Virus record (IMG/VR): IMGVR_UViG_2645727669_000017 | Length of the DNA stretch: 40,004 nt | Source of the DNA: a virus | Lineage: Duplodnaviria; Heunggongvirae; Uroviricota; Caudoviricetes | Strand: one strand, 5' to 3' | Part shown: positions 16,902 through 24,972 of the stretch, piece after piece | Position numbering within the stretch: position 1 is the stretch's first letter | Layout of the letters: the number at the start of each line of letters is the position of its first letter | Notes under the pieces: model-generated | Seen by the model: only the letters and a program-made list of their open reading frames with translations | Told to the model about the DNA's origin: nothing | Database searches by the model: none | Made by a program: the position numbers and the translations under genes

Positions 16902-17147
16902 GTTTCTTATCCATTGTTAAGGGCATACCCACACAATTATTTTTATTGGAGATGAATAATCAACCGTTTACAATCGTAAAAAATCAAATATGCTGTTAAG
17001 AGTGGTTACTTCGCCACACAACTTAAACCCGCCGCTGAGCGGTTTTTTTGTACCTGTAAACCTGGTGCAGTACAGTAAACACGCTGGTGGTCGTGAATAC
17101 TGACTTTTTATCTTGCTGGCTTTTTAGACAAGAGTTATTGGTATGTC

Positions 17148-17375
17148 ATGTTAACCAGAAGGGAAAAAGACATGCTAAAACAGCAAGATATGACAGAAAC
17201 CGCCGCCGCAGTCCTTCATTTCTTACCTGCTGACAAGTGGGTAACGCCACGCATGATGACGAGAACTACCGGAGTAAGCGAAGCCCGGTGCCAGTTAATA
17301 CTGACTCAGTTAGTTCTGGCGGGTCTGGCGAAGGATAACGGCGGGTACGGGAATAAATTCAGACGCTGCCAGTAA
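17148..17375 (+). CDS. Small putative winged-helix DNA-binding protein
   Basis: 75-aa ORF upstream of the methyltransferase; function unknown. Confidence 0.35.
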   Translation: MLTRREKDMLKQQDMTETAAAVLHFLPADKWVTPRMMTRTTGVSEARCQLILTQLVLAGLAKDNGGYGNKFRRCQ

Positions 17376-17525
17376 TGGCGGTTTCCTGCTGTGAAAATGG
17401 GCGGCTGGTGGGTGTTGGTAGCACCTGCCAGCCATTCGCTCATGCTTACTGGTCACAAGCGAACCACGGCCCACTGCTTTAGCGCAAAAGCAGAGTGAGC
17501 CTACCAGAGTTACGCTTACTGATCC

Positions 17526-18578
17526 ATGAAAAATACTGTAAAAATAAACAGTGTTGATTTAATCAACGCTGATTGCCTGCATTTTATTCAGTCCCTGCCT
17601 GATGATTCCATTGACCTGATTGTTACCGATCCGCCGTACTTCAAGGTGAAACCCAACGGCTGGGACAATCAGTGGAAAGGGGACGAAGATTACCTTAAGT
17701 GGCTGGACCACTGTCTGGCCCAGTTCTGGCGGGTGTTAAAACCTGCCGGAAGCCTTTACCTGTTCTGTGGGCATCGCCTGGCATCTGATATTGAGATCAT
17801 GATGCGTGAACGTTTCAACGTGCTTAACCATATCATCTGGGCGAAGCCGTCCGGACGTTGGAATGGGTGTAATAAAGAAAGTCTGCGTGCATATTTTCCA
17901 GCCACAGAGCGCGTTCTGTTTGCTGAACATTACCAGGGGCCATATCGCGGCAAAAGTGACGGCTATGCGGCAAAAGAAAGGGAACTCAAACAGCACATAA
18001 TGGCACCGCTGATTTCGTATTTCAGGGATGCTCGTGCCGAACTGGGTATAACGGCAAAACAAATTGCCGAAGCCACAGGTAAGAAAAATATGGTTTCCCA
18101 CTGGTTTGGTGCCAGTCAGTGGCAGTTGCCGAATGAGGCTGACTATCGGAAGTTACAGGCACTGTTTTCCCGTATAGCGGCAGAGAAGTTTCAGGAACAA
18201 CAACTGGAACAACCACACCACCAGCTGGTGGCATCTTATGATTCACTGAATCGCAAATATTCTGAATTGCTGGATGAGTTTAAATCTCTCCGGCGCTATT
18301 TCTCCGTATCAGTCTCCGTGCCTTATACCGATGTCTGGATGCATAAACCCGTTCAGTTCTACCCGGGTAAACATCCGTGTGAGAAACCTGCGGATATGCT
18401 CCGGCAAATAATCAATGCCAGTAGTCGACCTGGTGATCTGGTTGCTGATTTTTTTATGGGATCCGGTTCCACAATAAAAGCAGCAATGGCGCTGGGGCGT
18501 CGGGCCTTAGGTGTTGAGCTTGAGTCAGAGCGGTTTAACCAGACAGTGAAAGAGATAAACGAGCTGGTGGGGAAATAA
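17526..18578 (+). CDS. Orphan N6-adenine/N4-cytosine DNA methyltransferase
   Basis: 350-aa ORF with DPPY catalytic motif (IVTDPPYF) near the N-terminus and a C-terminal AdoMet-binding region (DFFMGSGST); no adjacent restriction enzyme. Confidence 0.85.
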   Translation: MKNTVKINSVDLINADCLHFIQSLPDDSIDLIVTDPPYFKVKPNGWDNQWKGDEDYLKWLDHCLAQFWRVLKPAGSLYLFCGHRLASDIEIMMRERFNVLNHIIWAKPSGRWNGCNKESLRAYFPATERVLFAEHYQGPYRGKSDGYAAKERELKQHIMAPLISYFRDARAELGITAKQIAEATGKKNMVSHWFGASQWQLPNEADYRKLQALFSRIAAEKFQEQQLEQPHHQLVASYDSLNRKYSELLDEFKSLRRYFSVSVSVPYTDVWMHKPVQFYPGKHPCEKPADMLRQIINASSRPGDLVADFFMGSGSTIKAAMALGRRALGVELESERFNQTVKEINELVGK

Positions 18579-18584
18579 TCTGGT

Positions 18585-18606
18585 GGCCACGTAGGTGGCC
18601 TTTTTA
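18585..18606 (+). terminator. Hairpin plus T-run between the methyltransferase and the holin
   Basis: GGCCAC (18585-18590), loop GTAG, GTGGCC (18595-18600), then TTTTT. Confidence 0.4.
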
Positions 18607-18644
18607 TTTCCATTACACAGCACCCGCATCTGCGAGGTGGGGTT

Positions 18645-18860
18645 ATGAAATCCATGGATAAGTTAACAACGGGTGTCGCCTATGGCACCTCAGCAGGTAG
18701 TGCCGGGTACTGGTTTTTACAGTTGCTCGATAAAGTCACGCCCTCACAGTGGGCGGCAATAGGTGTGCTGGGTAGTCTGGTATTTGGCTTGCTGACGTAT
18801 CTGACAAACCTTTATTTCAAGATTAAAGAAGATAAGCGTAAGGCTGCGAGAGGTGAATAA
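18645..18860 (+). CDS. Class II holin (phage 21 S-type pinholin) with dual start
   Basis: 71-aa ORF; two TM segments; MKSMDK dual-start arrangement (ATG 18645 and 18654); strong resemblance to the S21 holin. Confidence 0.85.
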
Positions 18861-19357
18861 TGTCGCCATCATTACGCAAGGCTGTTGCTGCTGCTATTGG
18901 TGGTGGGGCTGTTGCCATAGCGTCTGTGCTCATCACTGGTCCGAGTGGTGACGATGGCCTGGAAGGTGTCAGCTACATACCATACAAAGATATCGTTGGC
19001 GTATGGACTGTATGCCACGGACACACCGGAAAAGACATCATGCTAGGTAAAACGTATACCGAAGCAGAATGCAAAGCCCTCCTGAATAAAGACCTTGCCA
19101 CGGTCGCCAGACAAATTAACCCGTACATCAAAGTCGATATACCGGAAACAACGCGCGGCGCTCTTTACTCGTTCGTCTACAACGTGGGTGCTGGCAATTT
19201 CAGAACATCGACGCTTCTTCGCAAAATAAACCAGGGCGATATCAAAGGCGCATGTGACCAGCTACGTCGCTGGACATACGCTGGCGGTAAGCAATGGAAA
19301 GGCCTGATGACTCGTCGTGAGATTGAGCGTGAAGTCTGTTTGTGGGGGCAACAATGA
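18860..19357 (+). CDS. SAR endolysin (lysozyme with N-terminal signal-anchor-release domain)
   Basis: 165-aa ORF; Gly/Ala-rich weakly hydrophobic N-terminus ([20 protein letters not shown]) followed by a lysozyme-like domain; pairs with the pinholin. Confidence 0.85.
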   Translation: MSPSLRKAVAAAIGGGAVAIASVLITGPSGDDGLEGVSYIPYKDIVGVWTVCHGHTGKDIMLGKTYTEAECKALLNKDLATVARQINPYIKVDIPETTRGALYSFVYNVGAGNFRTSTLLRKINQGDIKGACDQLRRWTYAGGKQWKGLMTRREIEREVCLWGQQ

Positions 19358-19821
19358 GCAGAGTAACCGCGATTATCTCCGCTCTGGTTATCTGCATCAT
19401 CGTCTGCCTGTCGTGGGCGGTCAATCATTACCGTGATAACGCCATCGCCTACAAAGAACAGCGTGATAAAAAAGTCAGTGAGCTGAAGCAGGCGACCGCC
19501 ACCATCGCTGACATGCAGCAGCGTCAGCGTGATGTTGCTGCGATCGATGCAAAATACACGAAGGAGTTAGCCGATGCGAAAACTGAAAATGAAACTCTGC
19601 GCGCTGATGTTGCCGCTGGTCGTAAGCGCCTGCGGGTCAATGCCAGTTGCTCCGCAGCCGTGCGTGAAGCCACCGGACCCACCAGCATGGATAATGCAAC
19701 CAGCCCCCGACTGGCAGACACCGCTGAACGGGATTATTTCACCCTCAGAGAACGGTTGATGACGATGCAGAAGCAACTGGAAGGGGCGCAGGAATATATC
19801 CGCACCCAGCGCATTAAGTAG
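19354..19821 (+). CDS. rz: Rz i-spanin
   Basis: N-terminal TM segment then coiled coil; ATGA overlap with the endolysin stop; contains the embedded Rz1 frame. Confidence 0.8.
   Translation: MSRVTAIISALVICIIVCLSWAVNHYRDNAIAYKEQRDKKVSELKQATATIADMQQRQRDVAAIDAKYTKELADAKTENETLRADVAAGRKRLRVNASCSAAVREATGPTSMDNATSPRLADTAERDYFTLRERLMTMQKQLEGAQEYIRTQRIK
19574..19759 (+). CDS. rz1: Rz1 o-spanin lipoprotein, embedded in the +1 frame of Rz
   Basis: 61-aa ORF wholly inside Rz; lipobox LVVSAC; proline-rich mature region. Confidence 0.8.
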   Translation: MRKLKMKLCALMLPLVVSACGSMPVAPQPCVKPPDPPAWIMQPAPDWQTPLNGIISPSENG

Positions 19822-19842
19822 CTGGAGAAAAAACACGAATCT

Positions 19843-20205
19843 GTGGTTTTTACTGAGCGCGGTGTACACGGTGGAACATATGGCGGGAAGTTTGTTGCTT
19901 ATGATTATGCAGCATGGCTAAACCCCGGATTTAAATATGCAGCCTATAAAGTCCTGGATGACTACTTCACCGGAGAACTTCAGCATCGCAACAGCTTAAG
20001 TGCGCAGCTCAATATGAAGTGTCATGAGTTTGATCAGAAAAAAGATATGGTGAGCTTCTGTGGACAAGGGCTGGCGGCATGGCGCTATACGAAGCCAGTG
20101 TTGGTCGCTGAGATTAACTCCCTGGCTAACCAGCTGCAGATAACGATCCCCGGGCTGTCCGGTATTTGCCGGTATGAAATTACCGGAAGGCGCGGTCGTT
20201 ACTGA
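19843..20205 (+). pseudogene. Remnant carrying only the C-terminal half of a KilA-N domain
   Basis: Begins at GTG with GVHGGTYGGKFVAYDYAAWLNPGFKYAAYKV (C-terminal half of the KilA-N signature); sits directly after the Rz stop in the same frame. Confidence 0.35.
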
Positions 20206-20439
20206 GTAAGAGCAGGCATTACAGCAGCCCTTCACTGAGGGGCTGCGATAATGTGAGGAATAAAAAACCGGCAGGGGAAATCCATTGAAGATTTGCCGGT
20301 GGCAAAAGATGGCCATGCTTTTAACCTTAGTAGCAGAGCTACGGAGTTCAACAACGACCGTCGCCGTTATCTTGCTGAAAGGCGTTTCAATGATTTTCAT
20401 CAATTTATTCATCAGCAATGGTGATAATCACTCTCATTT

Positions 20440-20530
20440 TGGCGGGTCCTTCCGGTGGGGTGGCCTGCCACGGGGCGGGAGCGTTGCGGAAAAAGGCTAG
20501 TTTTTGAAATTTCATCCGTCATCACCACTA
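20440..20530. other. Candidate cos site (cosN/cosB-like) upstream of the terminase genes
   Basis: GGGGCGGGAGCGTTGCGGAAAAAGG...TGAAATTTCATCCGTCAT resembles my recollection of lambda GGGCGGCGACCTCGCGGGTTTTCG...TGAAAATTTTCCGG...CGTCAT; about 130 nt upstream of the small terminase subunit. Confidence 0.4.
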
Positions 20531-20658
20531 CTGTAATGTATTGATATTACGGTGATTTTATTTTTATGGTGTCGATTTTGATTGTTTTTTGTTCACCACT
20601 AACACCGTTTGCCTAAAGTTGTTCGCAAGATGCATGTTTAAAACATTCTGGAGCGGGT

Positions 20659-21153
20659 ATGGATCGAGAGTTAAAAAATCTGACGCTGAATATCAGTCAA
20701 CTGGCGGCACTGTCAGGTGTACATCGCCAGACTGCTGCGGCAAGGCTGCAAAATCTACCCGTTGCAGGGGGGCATGAAAGCAACCTCAAGCTTTATCGGG
20801 TGGTTGATATTGTGTCGGCATTTCTGGCATTACCACCGCCGGTTGCAGAAGGCGAAATGGACGCGCATGAGCGCAAAGCCTGGTATCAGTCTGAACGTGA
20901 GCGTCTTAAGTTCGAACAGGAAACGGCACAACTCATTCCGGCCAGTGATGTCAGACGGGAGTTTGCCATCTGGGCAAAAGCGGTCGTGCAGGTGCTGGAG
21001 ACATTACCGGATATTCTTGAACGTGACTGCGGTCTGCAGCCTGCCGCTGTGAGCCGTGTTCAGTCCATTATTGATGATCTGCGCGATCAGATAGCCCTGC
21101 GGGTGACTGAAGCAGGTGCGGATGATGAGGAGGAATTACAGCAGGAGGAGTAA
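20659..21153 (+). CDS. Terminase small subunit
   Basis: 164-aa ORF with N-terminal winged HTH and acidic C-terminus; directly precedes the large subunit with TAATG overlap. Confidence 0.8.
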   Translation: MDRELKNLTLNISQLAALSGVHRQTAAARLQNLPVAGGHESNLKLYRVVDIVSAFLALPPPVAEGEMDAHERKAWYQSERERLKFEQETAQLIPASDVRREFAIWAKAVVQVLETLPDILERDCGLQPAAVSRVQSIIDDLRDQIALRVTEAGADDEEELQQEE

Positions 21154-23255
21154 TGCTGAATCAGGAAACCGCAAAGGCAGCACGAACCGATTCAGGTTAT
21201 ATCCTTCGCGCACCGAGACGAATGCGGGTTGCTGATGCCGTTGCTCAGTATATGCGGGTGCCCATGGGGGCCGGGAACTCAGTCCCGTGGGATCCGCTGG
21301 TGGCACCGTATGTTATTGAGCCGATGAACTGCCTGGCCTCGCGTGAATACGACGCAGTGATATTTGTTGGCCCGGCACGAACCGGCAAGACTATCGGCCT
21401 GATTGACGGCTGGGTGATTTACAACGTGATTTGCGATCCTGCTGATATGCTGATCATTCAGATGACGGAGGAAAAAGCCCGCGAACACTCCAAAAAACGA
21501 CTCGCCAGAACGTTTCGCGTCAGCCCGGAAGTGGTCAGTCGCCTGAGTCCGAACAAAAATGACAACAACGTTTATGACAGAACATTCCTTGCTGGCAACT
21601 ACCTGAAAATCGGCTGGCCGTCAGTCAATATCATGTCCTCATCAGATTATAAATGCGTCGCGCTGACGGATTATGACCGTTTTCCGGAAGATATTGATGG
21701 CGAGGGGGATGCCTTCTCTCTTGCCTCAAAACGTACCACCACATTTATGTCCAGCGGTATGACGTTGGTGGAGAGTTCCCCCGGCAGGGATGTGAAGGAT
21801 GTGAAATGGCGACGGACTTCACCGCATGAGGCTCCACCAACCACGGGGATCCTGTCGCTCTATAACCGTGGTGATCGCCGTCGCTGGTACTGGCCCTGTC
21901 CACACTGTGGTGAGTATTTTCAGCCCTGCGGCGATGTGGTTGCTGGTTTCCGTGATATTGCCGATCCCGTGCTGGCAAGTGAGGCGGCTTATATTCAGTG
22001 TCCTTCCTGTTCAGGACGGATTATGCCTGAACACAAACGTGAGCTGAACGGACGTGGGGTCTGGTTGCGGGATGGTGAATCCATCAATGCGGATGGCAGT
22101 CGTTATGGTGATCCCCGACGCTCACGTATTGCGTCATTCTGGATGGAGGGTCCGGCAGCTGCTTACCAGACACTCTCGCAACTCGTTTACAAACTGCTTA
22201 CTGCAGAACAGGAATACGAGACAACCGGAAGTGAAGAAACACTCAAGACGGTTATCAATACCGACTGGGGATTACCTTATCTTCCCCGCGCCAGCATGGA
22301 GCAACGAAAAAGTGAACTGCTTGAGCAGCGGGCAGAGCCAGTTCCTTCCCGCAGTGTGCCGGATGGCGTTAATTTCCTTGTGGCGACAGTGGATGTGCAG
22401 GCGGGACGTCATCGCCGTTTTGTGGTTCAGGTAACGGGCTATGGCAGCCGTGGCGAACGCTGGATTATTGATCGTTACAACATCACGCAGTCATTGCGCG
22501 GTGACAGCGACGGGGAGAGCCAGCGAATTGATCCGGCCAGCTATCCGGAAGACTGGGATGTCCTGCTGACGGATGTTTTTCATAAAAGCTGGCCGCTGGC
22601 CTCCGATCCTTCTCAACAAATGCGACTGATGGCAATGGCGGTGGACTCCGGCGGTGAAGACGGGGTCACTGATAATGCCTATAAATTCTGGCGTCGTTGC
22701 CGTCGTGATGGCCTTGGTAAACGTATTTACCTGTTTAAGGGCGACAGCATCCGGCGCGCAAAACTGATCACCCGTACATTCCCTGATAACACCGGACGAA
22801 CGGGCCGACGGGCGCAGGCCGCAGGTGATGTGCCGCTCTGGCTTCTTCAGACGGATGCACTGAAAGACCGGGTGAATAACGCGTTATGGCGTGACTCGCC
22901 AGGTCCCGGCTATGTGCATTTCCCTGACTGGCTGGGGAGCTGGTTTTACGACGAACTGACGTATGAAGAGCGGAGCAGTGACGGGAAATGGAGTAAGCCG
23001 GGTCGCGGTGCCAACGAAGCTTTTGACCTGATGGTGTATGCCGAGGCTCTGGTCATTCTGCATGGATACGAAAAGATCCGCTGGCCGGATGCACCGGAGT
23101 GGGCGAGCCGGGAAACCTGGCTGGAGTGTGTCCAGGACAGTACCGAACCGTCATCCTCACCGGAACCGGTATCCACGCCTGTTAAAAAACAAAAACGGAA
23201 GAAAACAGTAACTGACGATGTTAACCCCTGGCTGACTTCCGGAGGATGGTTATGA
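21153..23255 (+). CDS. Terminase large subunit (GpA family)
   Basis: 700-aa ORF; Walker A-like VGPARTGKT; GpA-type domain organisation; synteny with small subunit and portal. Confidence 0.9.
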   Translation: MLNQETAKAARTDSGYILRAPRRMRVADAVAQYMRVPMGAGNSVPWDPLVAPYVIEPMNCLASREYDAVIFVGPARTGKTIGLIDGWVIYNVICDPADMLIIQMTEEKAREHSKKRLARTFRVSPEVVSRLSPNKNDNNVYDRTFLAGNYLKIGWPSVNIMSSSDYKCVALTDYDRFPEDIDGEGDAFSLASKRTTTFMSSGMTLVESSPGRDVKDVKWRRTSPHEAPPTTGILSLYNRGDRRRWYWPCPHCGEYFQPCGDVVAGFRDIADPVLASEAAYIQCPSCSGRIMPEHKRELNGRGVWLRDGESINADGSRYGDPRRSRIASFWMEGPAAAYQTLSQLVYKLLTAEQEYETTGSEETLKTVINTDWGLPYLPRASMEQRKSELLEQRAEPVPSRSVPDGVNFLVATVDVQAGRHRRFVVQVTGYGSRGERWIIDRYNITQSLRGDSDGESQRIDPASYPEDWDVLLTDVFHKSWPLASDPSQQMRLMAMAVDSGGEDGVTDNAYKFWRRCRRDGLGKRIYLFKGDSIRRAKLITRTFPDNTGRTGRRAQAAGDVPLWLLQTDALKDRVNNALWRDSPGPGYVHFPDWLGSWFYDELTYEERSSDGKWSKPGRGANEAFDLMVYAEALVILHGYEKIRWPDAPEWASRETWLECVQDSTEPSSSPEPVSTPVKKQKRKKTVTDDVNPWLTSGGWL

Positions 23256-23464
23256 ACCAGAATGATATCGAAGCCATGATTCAGCGTTATATGGAAGCTG
23301 AAATGGCGGTGCTGGACGGAAAATCCGTCACCTTTAATGGTCAGCAGATGACCATGGAAAACTTATCTGAGATCCGGCAGGGACGGCAGGAGTGGGAGCG
23401 CCGCCTTGCGGCTCTGATTACACGACGACGGGGGCATCCCGGGTACCGGCTGGCGAGGTTCTGA
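23252..23464 (+). CDS. Head-tail joining protein W
   Basis: ~70-aa product with gpW-like C-terminus (RRRGHPGY); ATGA overlap with terminase stop; GGAGG RBS. Confidence 0.7.
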   Translation: MNQNDIEAMIQRYMEAEMAVLDGKSVTFNGQQMTMENLSEIRQGRQEWERRLAALITRRRGHPGYRLARF

Positions 23465-24972
23465 TGGCAATTCTTGATGATGTGATTGGCGTTTTTTCAC
23501 CTGGATGGAAAGCGGCAAGGCTGCGTTCCCGTGCGGTGATCCAGGCTTATGAAGCCGTAAAAACGACGCGGACACACAAAGCCCGACGGGAGAACCGAAC
23601 TGCCGACCAGCTAAGCCAGTACGGGGCCGTGTCGTTACGTGAGCAGGCCCGTTACCTTGATAACAACCACGATCTGGTTATTGGTGTATTTGACAAGCTG
23701 GAAGAACGGGTGGTGGGGAAAAACGGGATTATTGTCGAGCCACATCCGGTATTACGCAATGGGGCCATTGCCCGTGATCTGGCAGCGGAGATTCGCACCC
23801 GATGGAGTGAATGGTCTGTCAGCCCGGAAGTCACCGGGCAGTTTACCCGTCCGATGCTGGAACGTCTGATGCTGCGTACCTGGCTGCGCGATGGTGAGGT
23901 GTTTGCCCAGATGGTTTCCGGGCGCATAAACAGCCTGACGCCTTCTGCCGGTGTTCATTTCTGGCTGGAGGCGCTCGAGCCAGACTTTATTCCCATGACC
24001 AGTGATGAGAGCAACAGGCTGAATCAGGGCGTGTTTGTTGATGACTGGGGGCGTCCCGAAAAATATCTGGTGTATAAAAGCCGTCCCGTATCCGGACGGC
24101 AGATGGAAACCAAAGAAGTGGATGCAGAGCGAATGCTGCATCTTAAATTTGTTCGCCGTCTGCACCAGATGCGCGGGACGTCTTTGTTGTCCGGTGTGCT
24201 GATCCGCCTCAGTGCCCTGAAAGATTATGAAGATTATGAGCTGACTGCAGCAAGGATCGCCGCTGCTCTGGGGATGTACATCCGCAAAGGCGACGGGCAG
24301 AGCTATGAACCGGATGGTAATGGCAGCAAGGATAAGGAACGCGAGCTTACCATTCAGCCAGGCATTATTTACGACGATCTGAAACCCGGCGAAGAAATCG
24401 GAATGGTGAAGTCGGATCGCCCCAATCCTAACCTTGAAACTTTTCGTAATGGTCAGTTGCGTGCCGTGGCGGCGGGCAGTCGTCTGAGTTTTTCCAGTAC
24501 AGCGCGCAACTATAACGGCACTTACAGCGCCCAGCGTCAGGAGCTGGTTGAATCTACTGATGGCTACCTGATCCTGCAGGACTGGTTTATTGGTGCCGTC
24601 ACCCGCCCGATGTATCGTGCCTGGCTGAAACAGGCTGTGGCATCCGGTGTTATCAGGCTACCCCGCGATCTTGACCGTTCTTCACTGTATACCGCGGTGT
24701 ATTCCGGACCAGTGATGCCGTGGATTGACCCTGTTAAGGAGGCTGAGGCCTGGAAAATCCAGATTCGTGGTGGAGCGGCGACAGAATCAGACTGGGTACG
24801 TGCTGGTGGTCGTAATCCGGATGATGTCAAACGTCGGCGCAAGGCCGAAATTGATGAAAACCGCAAGCTGGATCTGGTATTTGATACCGATCCGGCCAGT
24901 GATAAAGGAGGCAGTAGTGCCGCAACGAAACGACAGGAGCCGCAGCACACCGACGACCAGTCCGAAGATTAA
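23464..24972 (+). CDS. Portal protein
   Basis: ~502-aa product starting MAILDDVIG; TGATG overlap with W; position between terminase and protease/capsid. Confidence 0.9.
   Translation: MAILDDVIGVFSPGWKAARLRSRAVIQAYEAVKTTRTHKARRENRTADQLSQYGAVSLREQARYLDNNHDLVIGVFDKLEERVVGKNGIIVEPHPVLRNGAIARDLAAEIRTRWSEWSVSPEVTGQFTRPMLERLMLRTWLRDGEVFAQMVSGRINSLTPSAGVHFWLEALEPDFIPMTSDESNRLNQGVFVDDWGRPEKYLVYKSRPVSGRQMETKEVDAERMLHLKFVRRLHQMRGTSLLSGVLIRLSALKDYEDYELTAARIAAALGMYIRKGDGQSYEPDGNGSKDKERELTIQPGIIYDDLKPGEEIGMVKSDRPNPNLETFRNGQLRAVAAGSRLSFSSTARNYNGTYSAQRQELVESTDGYLILQDWFIGAVTRPMYRAWLKQAVASGVIRLPRDLDRSSLYTAVYSGPVMPWIDPVKEAEAWKIQIRGGAATESDWVRAGGRNPDDVKRRRKAEIDENRKLDLVFDTDPASDKGGSSAATKRQEPQHTDDQSED

Noticed and set aside
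16900-17530. tRNA genes or stx-like cargo downstream of Q
   Set aside because: No tRNA-like T-arm or acceptor signatures and no ORFs resembling toxin subunits; the interval holds a lipoprotein moron, a small wHTH ORF and a methyltransferase instead.
19996-20418. 140-aa minus-strand ORF after the lysis genes
   Set aside because: It mostly overlaps the plus-strand KilA-N remnant and the cos-proximal region, has no RBS or recognisable features, and does not resemble Bor, which lambda carries at the equivalent position.
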